A stretch of DNA of 59,790 bases, from assembly GCA_049414445.1 (NCBI GenBank), contig JBMSAP010000018.1:1-59790 (forward strand), read 5' to 3'. Positions 8,577-17,828 of this stretch are shown here, piece after piece. The first letter of the stretch is position 1. Every line of letters begins with the position of its first letter. Source of the stretch: Candidatus Caldipriscus sp. Its GTDB lineage: Bacteria > Hydrothermota > Hydrothermia > LBFQ01. A program made the translations under genes and the position numbers. Below the pieces are notes generated by a model. It made no database searches and was not told the origin of the DNA. It saw only the letters and a program-made list of their open reading frames with translations.

Positions 8577-9830
8577 CATATCCCAAAGTTTTCCAGTAAT
8601 CAGCCTCTTTATGTCCAACCCTATGGCGAAAATCGCTATGCTAATTATTATTATGATCCCTATCATAAGGGCGGTGGAGCTTGCCCTCTCGGGGATCCTC
8701 TTTCCGGAAAATCCGTAATAAATTTCATCAACAACGAGGTACACAATATGACCGCCATCCAAACCCGGAATGGGAAGGAGGTTTATTATGGCGAGGTTTA
8801 TGGTTATTACTATCAGGATGGATAGCCAAACGTCAAGGCCGGAGGAAGCGGCGGAAGCCATAACCGCCCCTATGGTTATCGGTCCCCCAACGGATTCCTC
8901 AACCTTCGTCTCCCCACTCACCAATTTCTTAAGCCCTTCAAAGAAGAAAAGGGAAAACTTTTTTGTCAAGAAAATTGTCCCATCTATAACCTTCTCCGGA
9001 CTCGGGGGCCAGATCTTATTGTATTTTACGAACATCCCCAGCTTACCCTTTCCCCCCTCGTACTTCACCGGGAGAATAAAGGACAACATTTCCCCATTTC
9101 TTATAACCTCAAGTTTAACCGTATCCCCTTCTCCCTTTGACTGTACGTAAGAAACTAGATCCTGCCAAGAGAAAACCTTAACCGTATCAACTCTAGCTAT
9201 AATATCGCCGTTTTTTAGGATGTTGTGGGCGGGGAAACCCTTTACCGTTGAACCGACAACTGGGGGTATCCTAAACTCAAGGCTATCGGAATAATCTCCC
9301 GATAAATTCAATCTTAGAAGTTTCCCTTCCCTAAATATTTCAACCGTTTTTTCGTTTTTCCCTTTTAGCAATCTTGTTGCCTCTTCCCCGGAATTCGGGA
9401 TCTTACCGTTTATTGAGATTATTGAGTCACCCCTTTGGAATATTGGAGATTTTGAGGAATATATCTTCGTCGTAAAAACGGAAACTTCCCCGTTGTATAG
9501 GGATACAAAGAAAGCCAATATTGGACCGAGGATGAAGGAGAATAGGGGACCCGCAAAGACTATCCAAAGGCGAGCCCACAGAGGTATTTTAAAGAAACTT
9601 TGGGGAATTCCGGTGGGACCCTCTTCTTCAAACTTCACATACCCTCCCAAGGGTATCATGGATATCCTGAAATCTATCCCTTTAAAGTTGAAACCCCATA
9701 TCCTCTTCCCGAAACCTATGGAAAATACTGAAGGTTTTATGCCGACGGATAAAGAAGCTAGAAGGTGCCCAAGCTCGTGCCAAACCACCAAGATCCCGAA
9801 ACCAAGAACTATACCCAGAAGCTCTATCAT
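8568..9830 (-). CDS. rseP: RIP metalloprotease RseP (site-2 protease, M50)
   Basis: HELGH zinc motif, a PDZ region and the NLLPIPGLDGG motif. Confidence 0.85.
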   Translation of the reverse strand: MIELLGIVLGFGILVVWHELGHLLASLSVGIKPSVFSIGFGKRIWGFNFKGIDFRISMIPLGGYVKFEEEGPTGIPQSFFKIPLWARLWIVFAGPLFSFILGPILAFFVSLYNGEVSVFTTKIYSSKSPIFQRGDSIISINGKIPNSGEEATRLLKGKNEKTVEIFREGKLLRLNLSGDYSDSLEFRIPPVVGSTVKGFPAHNILKNGDIIARVDTVKVFSWQDLVSYVQSKGEGDTVKLEVIRNGEMLSFILPVKYEGGKGKLGMFVKYNKIWPPSPEKVIDGTIFLTKKFSLFFFEGLKKLVSGETKVEESVGGPITIGAVMASAASSGLDVWLSILIVITINLAIINLLPIPGLDGGHIVYLVVDEIYYGFSGKRIPERASSTALMIGIIIIISIAIFAIGLDIKRLITGKLWDMLR

Positions 9831-11353
9831 CTTGCCACCCCCACCGCTCTAACTTCCCTTATCACTATCACCTTCACCTGTCCAGGATACTGAACTTCTC
9901 TTTCTATTGCCCTAGCTATGTCTTCTGCCAAAGCGTAAGCCTCAAGGTCGCTCACCTTTTCCGCGTTCACTATAACCCTCACTTCCCTTCCCGCATAAAG
10001 GGCAAAAGCTTTTTCAACCCCGGGGAAGCGGTAAGCGATCCTCTCAAGTTCCTGTATCCTCTTTATGTATTGCTCTATGCTCTCCCTCCTTGCCCCGGGC
10101 CTGGCTCCAGATATGGCATCCGCGGCCGCAACTATTGGTGCCAAAATATATTGTGGCTCAACATCCCCATGATGGGCAGCTATGGCATTCACCACCGCCT
10201 CTTTCTCCCCGTACCTCTTAGCTATGTTCGCTCCAACTATGGCGTGGGAACCCTCCTCACCCTCAACCACCTTTCCTATATCGTGCAAGAGTCCAGCCCT
10301 CTTCGCGTCCTCGGTTGAAAAGCCCAGCTCCCCCGCTATTATAGCTGCAAGTTTCGCTGTTTCTATTGAGTGCGCCAAAAGGTTCTGCCCGTAAGATGTC
10401 CTGAACTTCATCTTACCCACCAAATACACCAGCTCAGGATGCATATAAGGTATTCCAAGCTCAACGAGGACCTCCTCCCCTATCTGCCTAATGTGGTTCT
10501 CAAACTCCTCCTCAACTTTTTGGGCTATCTCCTCTATCCTAGCGGGATGGATCCTACCATCCTGTATTAACCTTTCCAAAACGATCCTCGCCTTTTCCCT
10601 CCTTATAGGATCGAAGGATGATAGGACCACTATTTCTGGAGTATCATCCACTATAAGCTCAACGCCGGTTATAGCCTCAAATGCCCTTATGTTCCTTCCT
10701 TCCCTACCTATTATCCTTCCCTTTATATCCTCGGATGGGAGCTCCACCACCGTGGTTGTGATCTCCGCCGTCCTTGAAGCCGCGCACCTCTGTACTGCCA
10801 TAGCTATTATCTCCTTTGCCTGCTCCTCCGCCTTCTGTCTTGCCTCCTCCTTGATCCTCATGGATAATTGGGCAGCCTCTAATCTCGCTTTACTCTCCAC
10901 GATCCTCATAAGTTCTTGCTTAGCTTCTTCCACGGACATCTTAGCTATCTCCTCTAGTTTTTGGGTTATTTCCGCCTCCGCGTTTGCCACCCTCTCTTCT
11001 CTCTTTTTCAACTGAGATTCAAGGTTGAGAAGCTCCCTCTCCTTCCTCCTGAGGCTCTCTTCCTTCCTCTTAAGGTTTTCCTGAAGTTCGTTTAAGTTCC
11101 TCTCAAGGGTCTTAAGCTCATGTTTCCTCCTTGATATCTCACTCTGGATCTTCTGTTTCTCTTCCTCTATCTTCTGTTTAGCTAAGCTTAGATATTCCTC
11201 CGCCTTCTTTTTGGCATGCTCCTTTTCCCTCTTTAAAATCTCCCTCGCCTTTTCCTCCGCCTTCTTTATCAACCTCCTTGAGTACCAAAAACCAAAGCCA
11301 ACAATTGCTATGCTCAAAATTACGGAAAGCGCCAAAGTTATTACGCCCATCAT
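9827..11353 (-). CDS. rny: ribonuclease Y
   Basis: N-terminal TM helix, K/E-rich coiled coil, KH domain (GRIIGREGRNIR) and HD domain (LLHDIGK). Confidence 0.9.
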   Translation of the reverse strand: MMGVITLALSVILSIAIVGFGFWYSRRLIKKAEEKAREILKREKEHAKKKAEEYLSLAKQKIEEEKQKIQSEISRRKHELKTLERNLNELQENLKRKEESLRRKERELLNLESQLKKREERVANAEAEITQKLEEIAKMSVEEAKQELMRIVESKARLEAAQLSMRIKEEARQKAEEQAKEIIAMAVQRCAASRTAEITTTVVELPSEDIKGRIIGREGRNIRAFEAITGVELIVDDTPEIVVLSSFDPIRREKARIVLERLIQDGRIHPARIEEIAQKVEEEFENHIRQIGEEVLVELGIPYMHPELVYLVGKMKFRTSYGQNLLAHSIETAKLAAIIAGELGFSTEDAKRAGLLHDIGKVVEGEEGSHAIVGANIAKRYGEKEAVVNAIAAHHGDVEPQYILAPIVAAADAISGARPGARRESIEQYIKRIQELERIAYRFPGVEKAFALYAGREVRVIVNAEKVSDLEAYALAEDIARAIEREVQYPGQVKVIVIREVRAVGVAR

Positions 11354-11616
11354 ATCTCACCTCCTATTTCCCTGTTAAGCCTTATGTAATCCACCGCCAA
11401 GTGAGCCAATACACCCGCCAAAACGTCCGCAAAGTGCCCGTATCTACCGTTTTTTAAAACCTTATCGGTTTTTTCCGCTATTATCTTCTCCATCTCTTCC
11501 TTTAGTTGCTTTAACCTTTTCTCATCCCACCCCTCAACCTCTTCCCTCCCCTCCAGATTCAGACTCCTTTCTATGCGAAAATTCCCAACTTTTACCGTTA
11601 TTTTCATCCTTTTCAT
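11350..11616 (-). CDS. ZapA-like small protein, copy 2
   Basis: Start set at ATG 11616, with GGGAGG (11622-11627) 5 nt upstream. MKRMKITVKVGNFRIE plus a C-terminal helix (FADVLAGVLAHLAVDYIRL) fit the ZapA pattern. Confidence 0.5.
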   Translation of the reverse strand: MKRMKITVKVGNFRIERSLNLEGREEVEGWDEKRLKQLKEEMEKIIAEKTDKVLKNGRYGHFADVLAGVLAHLAVDYIRLNREIGGEI

Positions 11617-11824
11617 ATACACCTCCCAAAGCGGTTTTAACGTAAGCTATCTCATAAGCCAGCATAACTATCAGCTCCTCCAAAACCTCCCTCTGCGTCC
11701 CCTTAATTTTCAACGAAATCCTCTCTATGTTCTTTAGTAGCTTTTCCATATCTCCCTCTTCACCCTCCTCAAGATCCACATCCACCTCGTACTCATGACC
11801 CTTCACCCTCAGTTTAATTTTCAT
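11534..11824 (-). CDS. ZapA-like small protein, copy 1
   Basis: MKIKLRVKGHEYEVDVD followed by the helix LIVMLAYEIAYV fits the ZapA pattern. Its last 83 nt overlap copy 2 in another frame. Confidence 0.5.
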   Translation of the reverse strand: MKIKLRVKGHEYEVDVDLEEGEEGDMEKLLKNIERISLKIKGTQREVLEELIVMLAYEIAYVKTALGGVYEKDENNGKSWEFSHRKESESGGEGRG

Positions 11825-12011
11825 CCCCCAAAACGGAATCTATTAAGGCTTTCATCTCCTCCAGATCCCTTAATGTCTCCAGATGTTTTCTTTTTAAGCC
11901 CTCAAGCTCTTCCAAGATTTTCTCTTTCTCTTTTCTGCAATCCTCGAGTGTCCTTAAGAGGCGGAATACCCTTTCCTTCAGGCTTCCAATGGTGTCCCTT
12001 TCGCTTTCCAT
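11814..12011 (-). CDS. ZapB-like coiled-coil protein
   Basis: 65 aa with heptad-rich sequence (LKERVFRLLRTLEDCRKEKEKILEELEGLKRK). It lies directly upstream of the ZapA-like genes. Confidence 0.4.
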   Translation of the reverse strand: MESERDTIGSLKERVFRLLRTLEDCRKEKEKILEELEGLKRKHLETLRDLEEMKALIDSVLGDEN

Positions 12012-12012
12012 A

Positions 12013-14229
12013 TCACCTACCCCTTATCTTAAATTCTCTCGATAGTTCCGATACGATTCTCCCAAAGATCGCGTTTATCTCATCCTCCGTGAGCGTCCTG
12101 AAGGGCCTTATGTGGAATCTCAGGGTGTAGCTTGTATGGCCTTCAGGTACGTTTGGTCCCCTATATACATCAATCACTTCCCATCCCTCCACCTCGGGAA
12201 ATCCTGAAACTACGTTCTTTACGAATTTCTTGAGTTTTATGAACCTCACTTCCTTAGGCAGTAGGACGGAGATATCCTTAAAGGTGGGGGATAAACTTGA
12301 AAGCGCCCTCCTCTTGTACTCCCCCAAATTCAAGGGCTTGAGGTACCAGACATAAACCTTCCTCTTTACCCCAAATACCCTCGCCTTTTTGGGCCTCACC
12401 ACCCCAATACCCCCTATCTTCTCACCGCTTAGGATGATATTTGAACTTGAGGATGGGTGGAGATAAGGGTCAGCTGAGCTCTCCGTGAAATCCACCTCTA
12501 AGCCGAGCTTTTCAAGGAGCGCATCAAGGAAGCCTTTTACCACCTCAAATTCCAAAGGCTCGTAAGAGCCAAGGGTGATGTATATCTCCTCGTTTCCCTC
12601 GGGATAAAGCCTTGTAAGGCAGAACATTGGAACGGGGGGGTTTCCAAGCCTAAGGTTGTAGGAAATGGGTTTTAGGATGTGGGGGATGGGGGAGGATGAT
12701 AAATACTTGAAAGAATCGTTAAAATCGCTTATAACTTCGTATGTATAATCTTCGCCAACCTCCTCCCTTGAGAACAATCCTAGGGATAGGGTCTGGTATG
12801 CTCCCCTGGATGATAGGAAAGAGATTATCTCCTCGTAAAACCTATCCCTGGGCTTTGGGGGTAATTGGGCACCAGGTGAGGGTTCCGAAGGTACTTTATC
12901 GTACCCGAGAAACCTACCCAATTCCTCTATCACATCCTCCTGAAGCTTTATATCCGCCCTATATGGGGGTGGGGAAACCTTCAGGGAGTCTTCATCGGAG
13001 CTTAAGATCTCGTAATCAAGCCTTTTTAAGGTTCCCTCAAGGTCAAAATTTACCCCCCTAAGGTAAATTGACACCTTGCGTCTGCTTAAATTTATCACCT
13101 CTGGGGAGCTTTCCTTTCCCACCTTTATCAAGTTTGAATATTCCGCCCCTATCCATCTCCTCAAGCTTTCTGCAACGAAAAGGGATCCGATTTCCACAAA
13201 ATATGGGCTTTGCCCCTTCTCGAACCTTAAAGATGATTCGGTAAAGATCCCTAAGGATACCTCCGCTTTCCTTATGTATTCCGGAAGGAAATGGGCGCTT
13301 TCAAGGAGAACTTCCTCTGTATCCTCGTAAGTTCCGCTCTCCAATCCGCCTATTACACCTCCCAACGCCAAAATATTTTCTTGATCCGTTATTAAAACCA
13401 AACCCTCGGGTAATGAGTACTCTCTACCCGCTAAATCCTTAAAGGTTTCCCCACCCTTAGATTCAACCACCCTTATCCTACCCTTAACCTTCCTCCTATC
13501 GAAGGCATGCAGGGGTTGTCCGACTATGTAAGATGCCCAGTTGGTAGCATCAACGGCGGGGTTTATAGCATTAAAACCCACCAGGGAGAGTTTCCTCTTT
13601 ATTTCAATGGGGGTTTCCCCCTTTTTCAACCTTATCAACCTTAGGGTGTAAATGTCGCAACCTTCCGTTAATATTTCTATCGGAAAATCAAATTTTTGGG
13701 AAGCGTTCTCTTCAATCTCAAGCCCCTTGAATTTTAAATCCAAAAACAGTGAGATCTCCTTCGCCATCCATAGAACCCCGAGGAGATCCGACCTGTTTGG
13801 CGTGATATAAACATCAAATAGGACATCCCCTATTAGAAACTCCCTTTTGTAGTTTTCTGGATCTGAAACCCTTGCTAACCTTTCGCTTTTTTCCGTCAAT
13901 CCTAACTCCTCCTCCGATAGGAACATCCCTTTTGAAACCCTTTCCCCGAACCTCTTAGGCGGAACATCCGCCCAAAGGAGGACCTCCCCCACGCTTACAT
14001 GATCCGTTGTTGCAACATCCAAAACCTCCCCATCAACCTTCGCTTTAACCCAATTTATCCTACCCCTTTCAACCTCAAGAACCATTGCGGGTAGGATCCT
14101 TTCAAAATCTTCCCCTATTTTCCTTTTCCCTTCCACCTCAAATCCCATCTTCTCTAAAGCAAAAACGAAATCCCCCTCGCTTATTTTCTCAAACAAAAAG
14201 GCGTTTATATCCGAAAGCAAAACCCTCAA
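12013..14229 (-). CDS. pheT: phenylalanine-tRNA ligase beta subunit
   Basis: 738 aa with an N-terminal tRNA-binding OB region, B3/4 and B5-like regions and an FDX-ACB-like C-terminus. Confidence 0.85.
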   Translation of the reverse strand: MRVLLSDINAFLFEKISEGDFVFALEKMGFEVEGKRKIGEDFERILPAMVLEVERGRINWVKAKVDGEVLDVATTDHVSVGEVLLWADVPPKRFGERVSKGMFLSEEELGLTEKSERLARVSDPENYKREFLIGDVLFDVYITPNRSDLLGVLWMAKEISLFLDLKFKGLEIEENASQKFDFPIEILTEGCDIYTLRLIRLKKGETPIEIKRKLSLVGFNAINPAVDATNWASYIVGQPLHAFDRRKVKGRIRVVESKGGETFKDLAGREYSLPEGLVLITDQENILALGGVIGGLESGTYEDTEEVLLESAHFLPEYIRKAEVSLGIFTESSLRFEKGQSPYFVEIGSLFVAESLRRWIGAEYSNLIKVGKESSPEVINLSRRKVSIYLRGVNFDLEGTLKRLDYEILSSDEDSLKVSPPPYRADIKLQEDVIEELGRFLGYDKVPSEPSPGAQLPPKPRDRFYEEIISFLSSRGAYQTLSLGLFSREEVGEDYTYEVISDFNDSFKYLSSSPIPHILKPISYNLRLGNPPVPMFCLTRLYPEGNEEIYITLGSYEPLEFEVVKGFLDALLEKLGLEVDFTESSADPYLHPSSSSNIILSGEKIGGIGVVRPKKARVFGVKRKVYVWYLKPLNLGEYKRRALSSLSPTFKDISVLLPKEVRFIKLKKFVKNVVSGFPEVEGWEVIDVYRGPNVPEGHTSYTLRFHIRPFRTLTEDEINAIFGRIVSELSREFKIRGR

Positions 14230-14885
14230 TGCGAGGGAATTATAAGGTTGTTTAGAACCCTTTCAATATCAGGAAGCAGATAAGATTTTAAGGCTGGGGT
14301 TATTGAAAGGTAGCCATTTTTCCTAAAAATAAAACCCCTTGATATTAGATCTTTGACGGTTTGGAGCATCTCCCCATTTATCTCCGAATATTTGTACTTG
14401 CCTTCTATTGCCATCATTAGGGCTAGCTTTTCCCTTTCAGAGAAGTTTGAAATTATAACGGCCCTTTTTAGTAGGGTCTTTGAAAGCCTTATTTTGCCCT
14501 TTTCCCTTGAGTTCCTTGATGCCAAAAACCTCCTCACCGCCAAGTAAAAAGCCCTTACTGGATCTTTAACAGGATGGTAATTTTTGCTAGTGATCCTCCT
14601 TGTCCCCACGAGCTTGTGGCAAACCATCAGGAGGTTCTTATTTTCTTTTTTCATAAGGTGGATGGCGTAAAGAATATCGTCTATATCGTAAAAGTGCGGG
14701 TTTTTGTTCCTCCTCTGAAGCCCGAATCTGGACTTTAAGAGCTTATAAAGTTTGTACCTGCTAATTCCCAGTTCCTTAGATTTTTCCTCTAAAAACTTGC
14801 CCTTTTCCCCTTTCCTCCTTGAGATATAATCCTCGTATATTTTTGAGATTATTTCTGGGTCAATCCTCAACGTATTTTGCCGCAT
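14226..14885 (-). CDS. hypothetical basic protein with two helix-turn-helix-like segments
   Basis: 219 aa and K/R-rich. It has an HTH-like segment (SKELGISRYKLYKLLKS) and a winged-helix-like C-terminus (VKDLISRGFIFRKNGYLSITPALKSYL). I recognise no family. Confidence 0.5.
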   Translation of the reverse strand: MRQNTLRIDPEIISKIYEDYISRRKGEKGKFLEEKSKELGISRYKLYKLLKSRFGLQRRNKNPHFYDIDDILYAIHLMKKENKNLLMVCHKLVGTRRITSKNYHPVKDPVRAFYLAVRRFLASRNSREKGKIRLSKTLLKRAVIISNFSEREKLALMMAIEGKYKYSEINGEMLQTVKDLISRGFIFRKNGYLSITPALKSYLLPDIERVLNNLIIPSH

Positions 14886-15207
14886 ATTTGGGTGTTTCCC
14901 AAACCCTAACCGAGATCACCTTGTATCCCTTCTCCTTGATCCTTTGGTATATGTATCTTGCAACGTTCTCCGCGCTGGGTGGATAAGGGAGGATATCGTT
15001 GAGGTGAGTATGATCAAGCCCTAAGGATTCCAGTTCTTTCTTTAAGATCCCAAAGTCTATCCCAACCCCGCTTTTATCAAGCTTCTTAACCTCAACCTCA
15101 AGCTCCACCGTCCATCTGTGCCCATGCAAATTCCTGCAGGGTCCTTCAAAATCCGGGAGAAAATGGGAAGCGTCAAACTCGTACCTTACGGTTAAAATCC
15201 ACCTCAT
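14860..15207 (-). CDS. queD: 6-carboxy-5,6,7,8-tetrahydropterin synthase
   Basis: 115 aa with a PTPS fold and the CRNLHGH motif. Confidence 0.85.
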   Translation of the reverse strand: MRWILTVRYEFDASHFLPDFEGPCRNLHGHRWTVELEVEVKKLDKSGVGIDFGILKKELESLGLDHTHLNDILPYPPSAENVARYIYQRIKEKGYKVISVRVWETPKYAAKYVED

Positions 15208-16727
15208 CTCTTTGAGAAGAGGTCCTCAGTTTTCTGAGCCTTTGAGAGACGTTTCACCGCCTCTTTGAAAACCGAGTCAAACTTAAGGAAAACCTTATAC
15301 CTCCCCCTCTCTCCGAAGTATTGATAAGCTATTTCCATGGTTAGGACCCTTCTGAAGTCTTCTTTTGCCTCTTCAAAGTGGCAGTCGTTAAAATCCAAAC
15401 CCCCATTCCTCAAAGCCTTAGCGAAGTCTTTCAGGTCCTCCTCCGTTAGGTTTATATTTTCCGGAGAGGATGGCTTGCCCCTCTTTGACGTGTATTTTGT
15501 CGCCCACTGGGATATTAGCCCTTTTGCCTCTGCCTTTTGCACAAGCTCGTGCATAGGTTTAACCCCAACGTAAACGTCCGGTGCTATACCCCCACCGCCC
15601 TTTATGGGTCTCTTCAAAACCTTAGTGAAGTATGTCCCCGTATCCCTCTCAAGGGAGCCGAGCTTCCCCTTGTGTATGGACCTGCCGGATGGGGTAAAAT
15701 ATCTGGCGATGGTGATCCTTAAAGCATAACCGTAAGGCAGGGGCATGACCCTTTGTACGGAACCCTTGCCGAAGGTAGTATCCCCTATAACCAATCCCCT
15801 ATCCCAGTCCTGTATTGCCCCTGCCACTATCTCTGATGCGCTTGCGGATCCCCTATCAACTAATACGACCACAGGTACATCCTCGGGTACTATGCTCTGC
15901 CCCTCGCTGAAGAACTTCTCCTTTGAGTCTGGCGTCCTACCGTCGGTATATACCACAAGCTTCCCCCCTCCCAGGAAGAACCCCCCTATTTTAAAAGCTT
16001 CCCTCAAATAACCCCCAGGATTTCCCCTGAGATCTAAGACTATCTTCTTCGCACCCCTCCTGTTAAGATCAATCAAAGCCTCCTTCACCCTTTCCCCCGC
16101 ATCCTCCTGAAAGGAATTTAGCTTTATATAACCTACCCCATCAACGATATCGTAAAAGGGAACCGCCTTAAGGGTGATCCTATCCCTTACGATCAGAAAA
16201 ACAAGGGTGTCGTTTATCGCGGGCCTATAAACGGTTATCTTAACCCTGGTTCCCTTTGGACCCCTTAACCTCTTCGAAACCTCCTCAACATCCATATTTA
16301 AGGTTGAGGTATCGTTTATCCTGAGGATCCTATCTCCGGGTTTTATTCCCGCCTTCCATGCGGGGGTACCCTCAAAGGGTGCTATCACCACTACATAACC
16401 TTCCCTCTGCCCTATTTGCATCCCGACGCCCTCGTATGCGCCTTCCGTTTGCTCGTATAGCCTCTGCTTCTCCTCTGGGGTTAGGAAGGCGGAATTGGGA
16501 TCTAAGGAGGATACCATACCCTTTATCGCGTTCTCTATCAACTTTGCCCTATCCTCCTCAACCACATAATACCTCGTTATGTAATTTATGACTTGCACCA
16601 TTAGATCCGCCATTTGGGAGAATGATGCCCTTCTATTTTCCTGAGCAAAACCCTTTAAGGCGTACCCAAAGGCCGTTCCCAAAACGAAAATAAACACAAG
16701 TACCAAAGCCCTAAAAATCCGCATCAT
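15204..16727 (-). CDS. carboxy-terminal processing protease (S41) with PDZ domain
   Basis: Signal/TM N-terminus, a PDZ domain, and the RGNPGGY and DRGSASASE motifs. Confidence 0.85.
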   Translation of the reverse strand: MMRIFRALVLVFIFVLGTAFGYALKGFAQENRRASFSQMADLMVQVINYITRYYVVEEDRAKLIENAIKGMVSSLDPNSAFLTPEEKQRLYEQTEGAYEGVGMQIGQREGYVVVIAPFEGTPAWKAGIKPGDRILRINDTSTLNMDVEEVSKRLRGPKGTRVKITVYRPAINDTLVFLIVRDRITLKAVPFYDIVDGVGYIKLNSFQEDAGERVKEALIDLNRRGAKKIVLDLRGNPGGYLREAFKIGGFFLGGGKLVVYTDGRTPDSKEKFFSEGQSIVPEDVPVVVLVDRGSASASEIVAGAIQDWDRGLVIGDTTFGKGSVQRVMPLPYGYALRITIARYFTPSGRSIHKGKLGSLERDTGTYFTKVLKRPIKGGGGIAPDVYVGVKPMHELVQKAEAKGLISQWATKYTSKRGKPSSPENINLTEEDLKDFAKALRNGGLDFNDCHFEEAKEDFRRVLTMEIAYQYFGERGRYKVFLKFDSVFKEAVKRLSKAQKTEDLFSKR

Positions 16728-16737
16728 AGAGTATGGG

Positions 16738-16743
16738 ATTTTA
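16738..16743 (-). promoter_or_regulatory. -10-like box TAAAAT, 10 nt upstream of ctp ATG
   Basis: The minus strand reads ccTTAAAATcccatactctATG. Confidence 0.4.
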
Positions 16744-16760
16744 AGGCGGAAAACATCCCT

Positions 16761-16766
16761 TATAAT
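16761..16766 (+). promoter_or_regulatory. -10-like box TATAAT, 9 nt upstream of the ABC ATPase ATG
   Basis: The sequence reads ccTTATAATatcttccctATG. Confidence 0.5.
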
Positions 16767-16775
16767 ATCTTCCCT

Positions 16776-17828
16776 ATGGAAATCCGGCTTGAAAATGTAA
16801 GCAAGGTTTTTCAGGGTTTTATAGCGTTAAAGAACATAAATTTAACTATATCAAGCGGGGAGTTTGTGGTGATGCTTGGACCCTCGGGATGCGGGAAAAC
16901 AACCCTTCTTAGAATAATATCGGGGCTTGAAAAACCCACTACGGGAAGGGTGTATTTCGGCGGTAAAGATGTAACGGATCTGCCACCTTCAAAGAGGGAA
17001 ATAGGTATGGTTTTCCAGAATTATGCTTTATATCCACATATGACGGTATTTGAGAATTTGGCATTTCCCTTAAGGATGGCGGGAGTTGATTCAAAGAGGA
17101 TAAAGGTTGAGGTTGAGGAGATAGCGAAAAAACTCAGGCTTTACGAACATTTAAATAAAAAACCAAGACAACTTTCGGGAGGTCAAAGGCAGAGGGTAGC
17201 CTTAGGAAGGGCCCTTATAAAGAAACCCAAGGTTTTCCTATTTGATGAACCATTATCAAACTTGGATGCAAACCTCAGGATGGACATGAGGGTGGAGATC
17301 GGGCGCCTCCACAGGGAAATAAAGACAACAACTATATACGTAACACACGATCAGGTTGAAGCTATGAGCCTCGCAGATAAGATCGTGGTGATGAATAAAG
17401 GGGAGATAGTTCAGGTGGGAACGCCAATTGAGATTTATGAAAATCCAAAGGATACCTTTGTAGCGACCTTTATAGGATCCCCACCCATGAACCTGATATT
17501 TGGAGAGTTTTCCGAGGGAGTGTTTTTCTCCGATGGAATTAAAATCTCCGGGAATTTCCCTTATAAGGGTAAGGGTTATATGGGGTTCAGGCCGGAGGGG
17601 GCGGAGATTACATCAAACGGGATTTTGAGGGGAAGGGTGGAACACAGGGAGATATTCGGGGAAGAGAGCATTGTGTATGTATCGGTTGATAACAAAACAA
17701 TCTCTGTTAGACATTTTGGCTTCCCTCCAAGGGTGGGGGAGAACGTGGGGATAAATCTTAAGAAAATTTACGTCTTCAACGAGGAGGGAAACTCAATATA
17801 CCCCCCTTCAAGCCGGACCATCCCATAA
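16776..17828 (+). CDS. ABC transporter ATP-binding protein, MalK/UgpC-like
   Basis: Walker A GPSGCGKTT, signature LSGGQRQR, Walker B FLFDEP and a C-terminal regulatory OB-like domain. Confidence 0.85.
   Translation: MEIRLENVSKVFQGFIALKNINLTISSGEFVVMLGPSGCGKTTLLRIISGLEKPTTGRVYFGGKDVTDLPPSKREIGMVFQNYALYPHMTVFENLAFPLRMAGVDSKRIKVEVEEIAKKLRLYEHLNKKPRQLSGGQRQRVALGRALIKKPKVFLFDEPLSNLDANLRMDMRVEIGRLHREIKTTTIYVTHDQVEAMSLADKIVVMNKGEIVQVGTPIEIYENPKDTFVATFIGSPPMNLIFGEFSEGVFFSDGIKISGNFPYKGKGYMGFRPEGAEITSNGILRGRVEHREIFGEESIVYVSVDNKTISVRHFGFPPRVGENVGINLKKIYVFNEEGNSIYPPSSRTIP

Noticed and set aside
10491-11015. 174-aa plus-strand ORF antisense to rny
   Set aside because: It is a low-complexity S/L/I/A-rich product generated by the reverse complement of K/E-rich coiled-coil codons. 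The rny call is unambiguous.
11350-11622. 6S RNA downstream of zapA, as seen in some bacteria
   Set aside because: The interval is fully occupied by a second ZapA-like ORF with a strong RBS, leaving no non-coding space.
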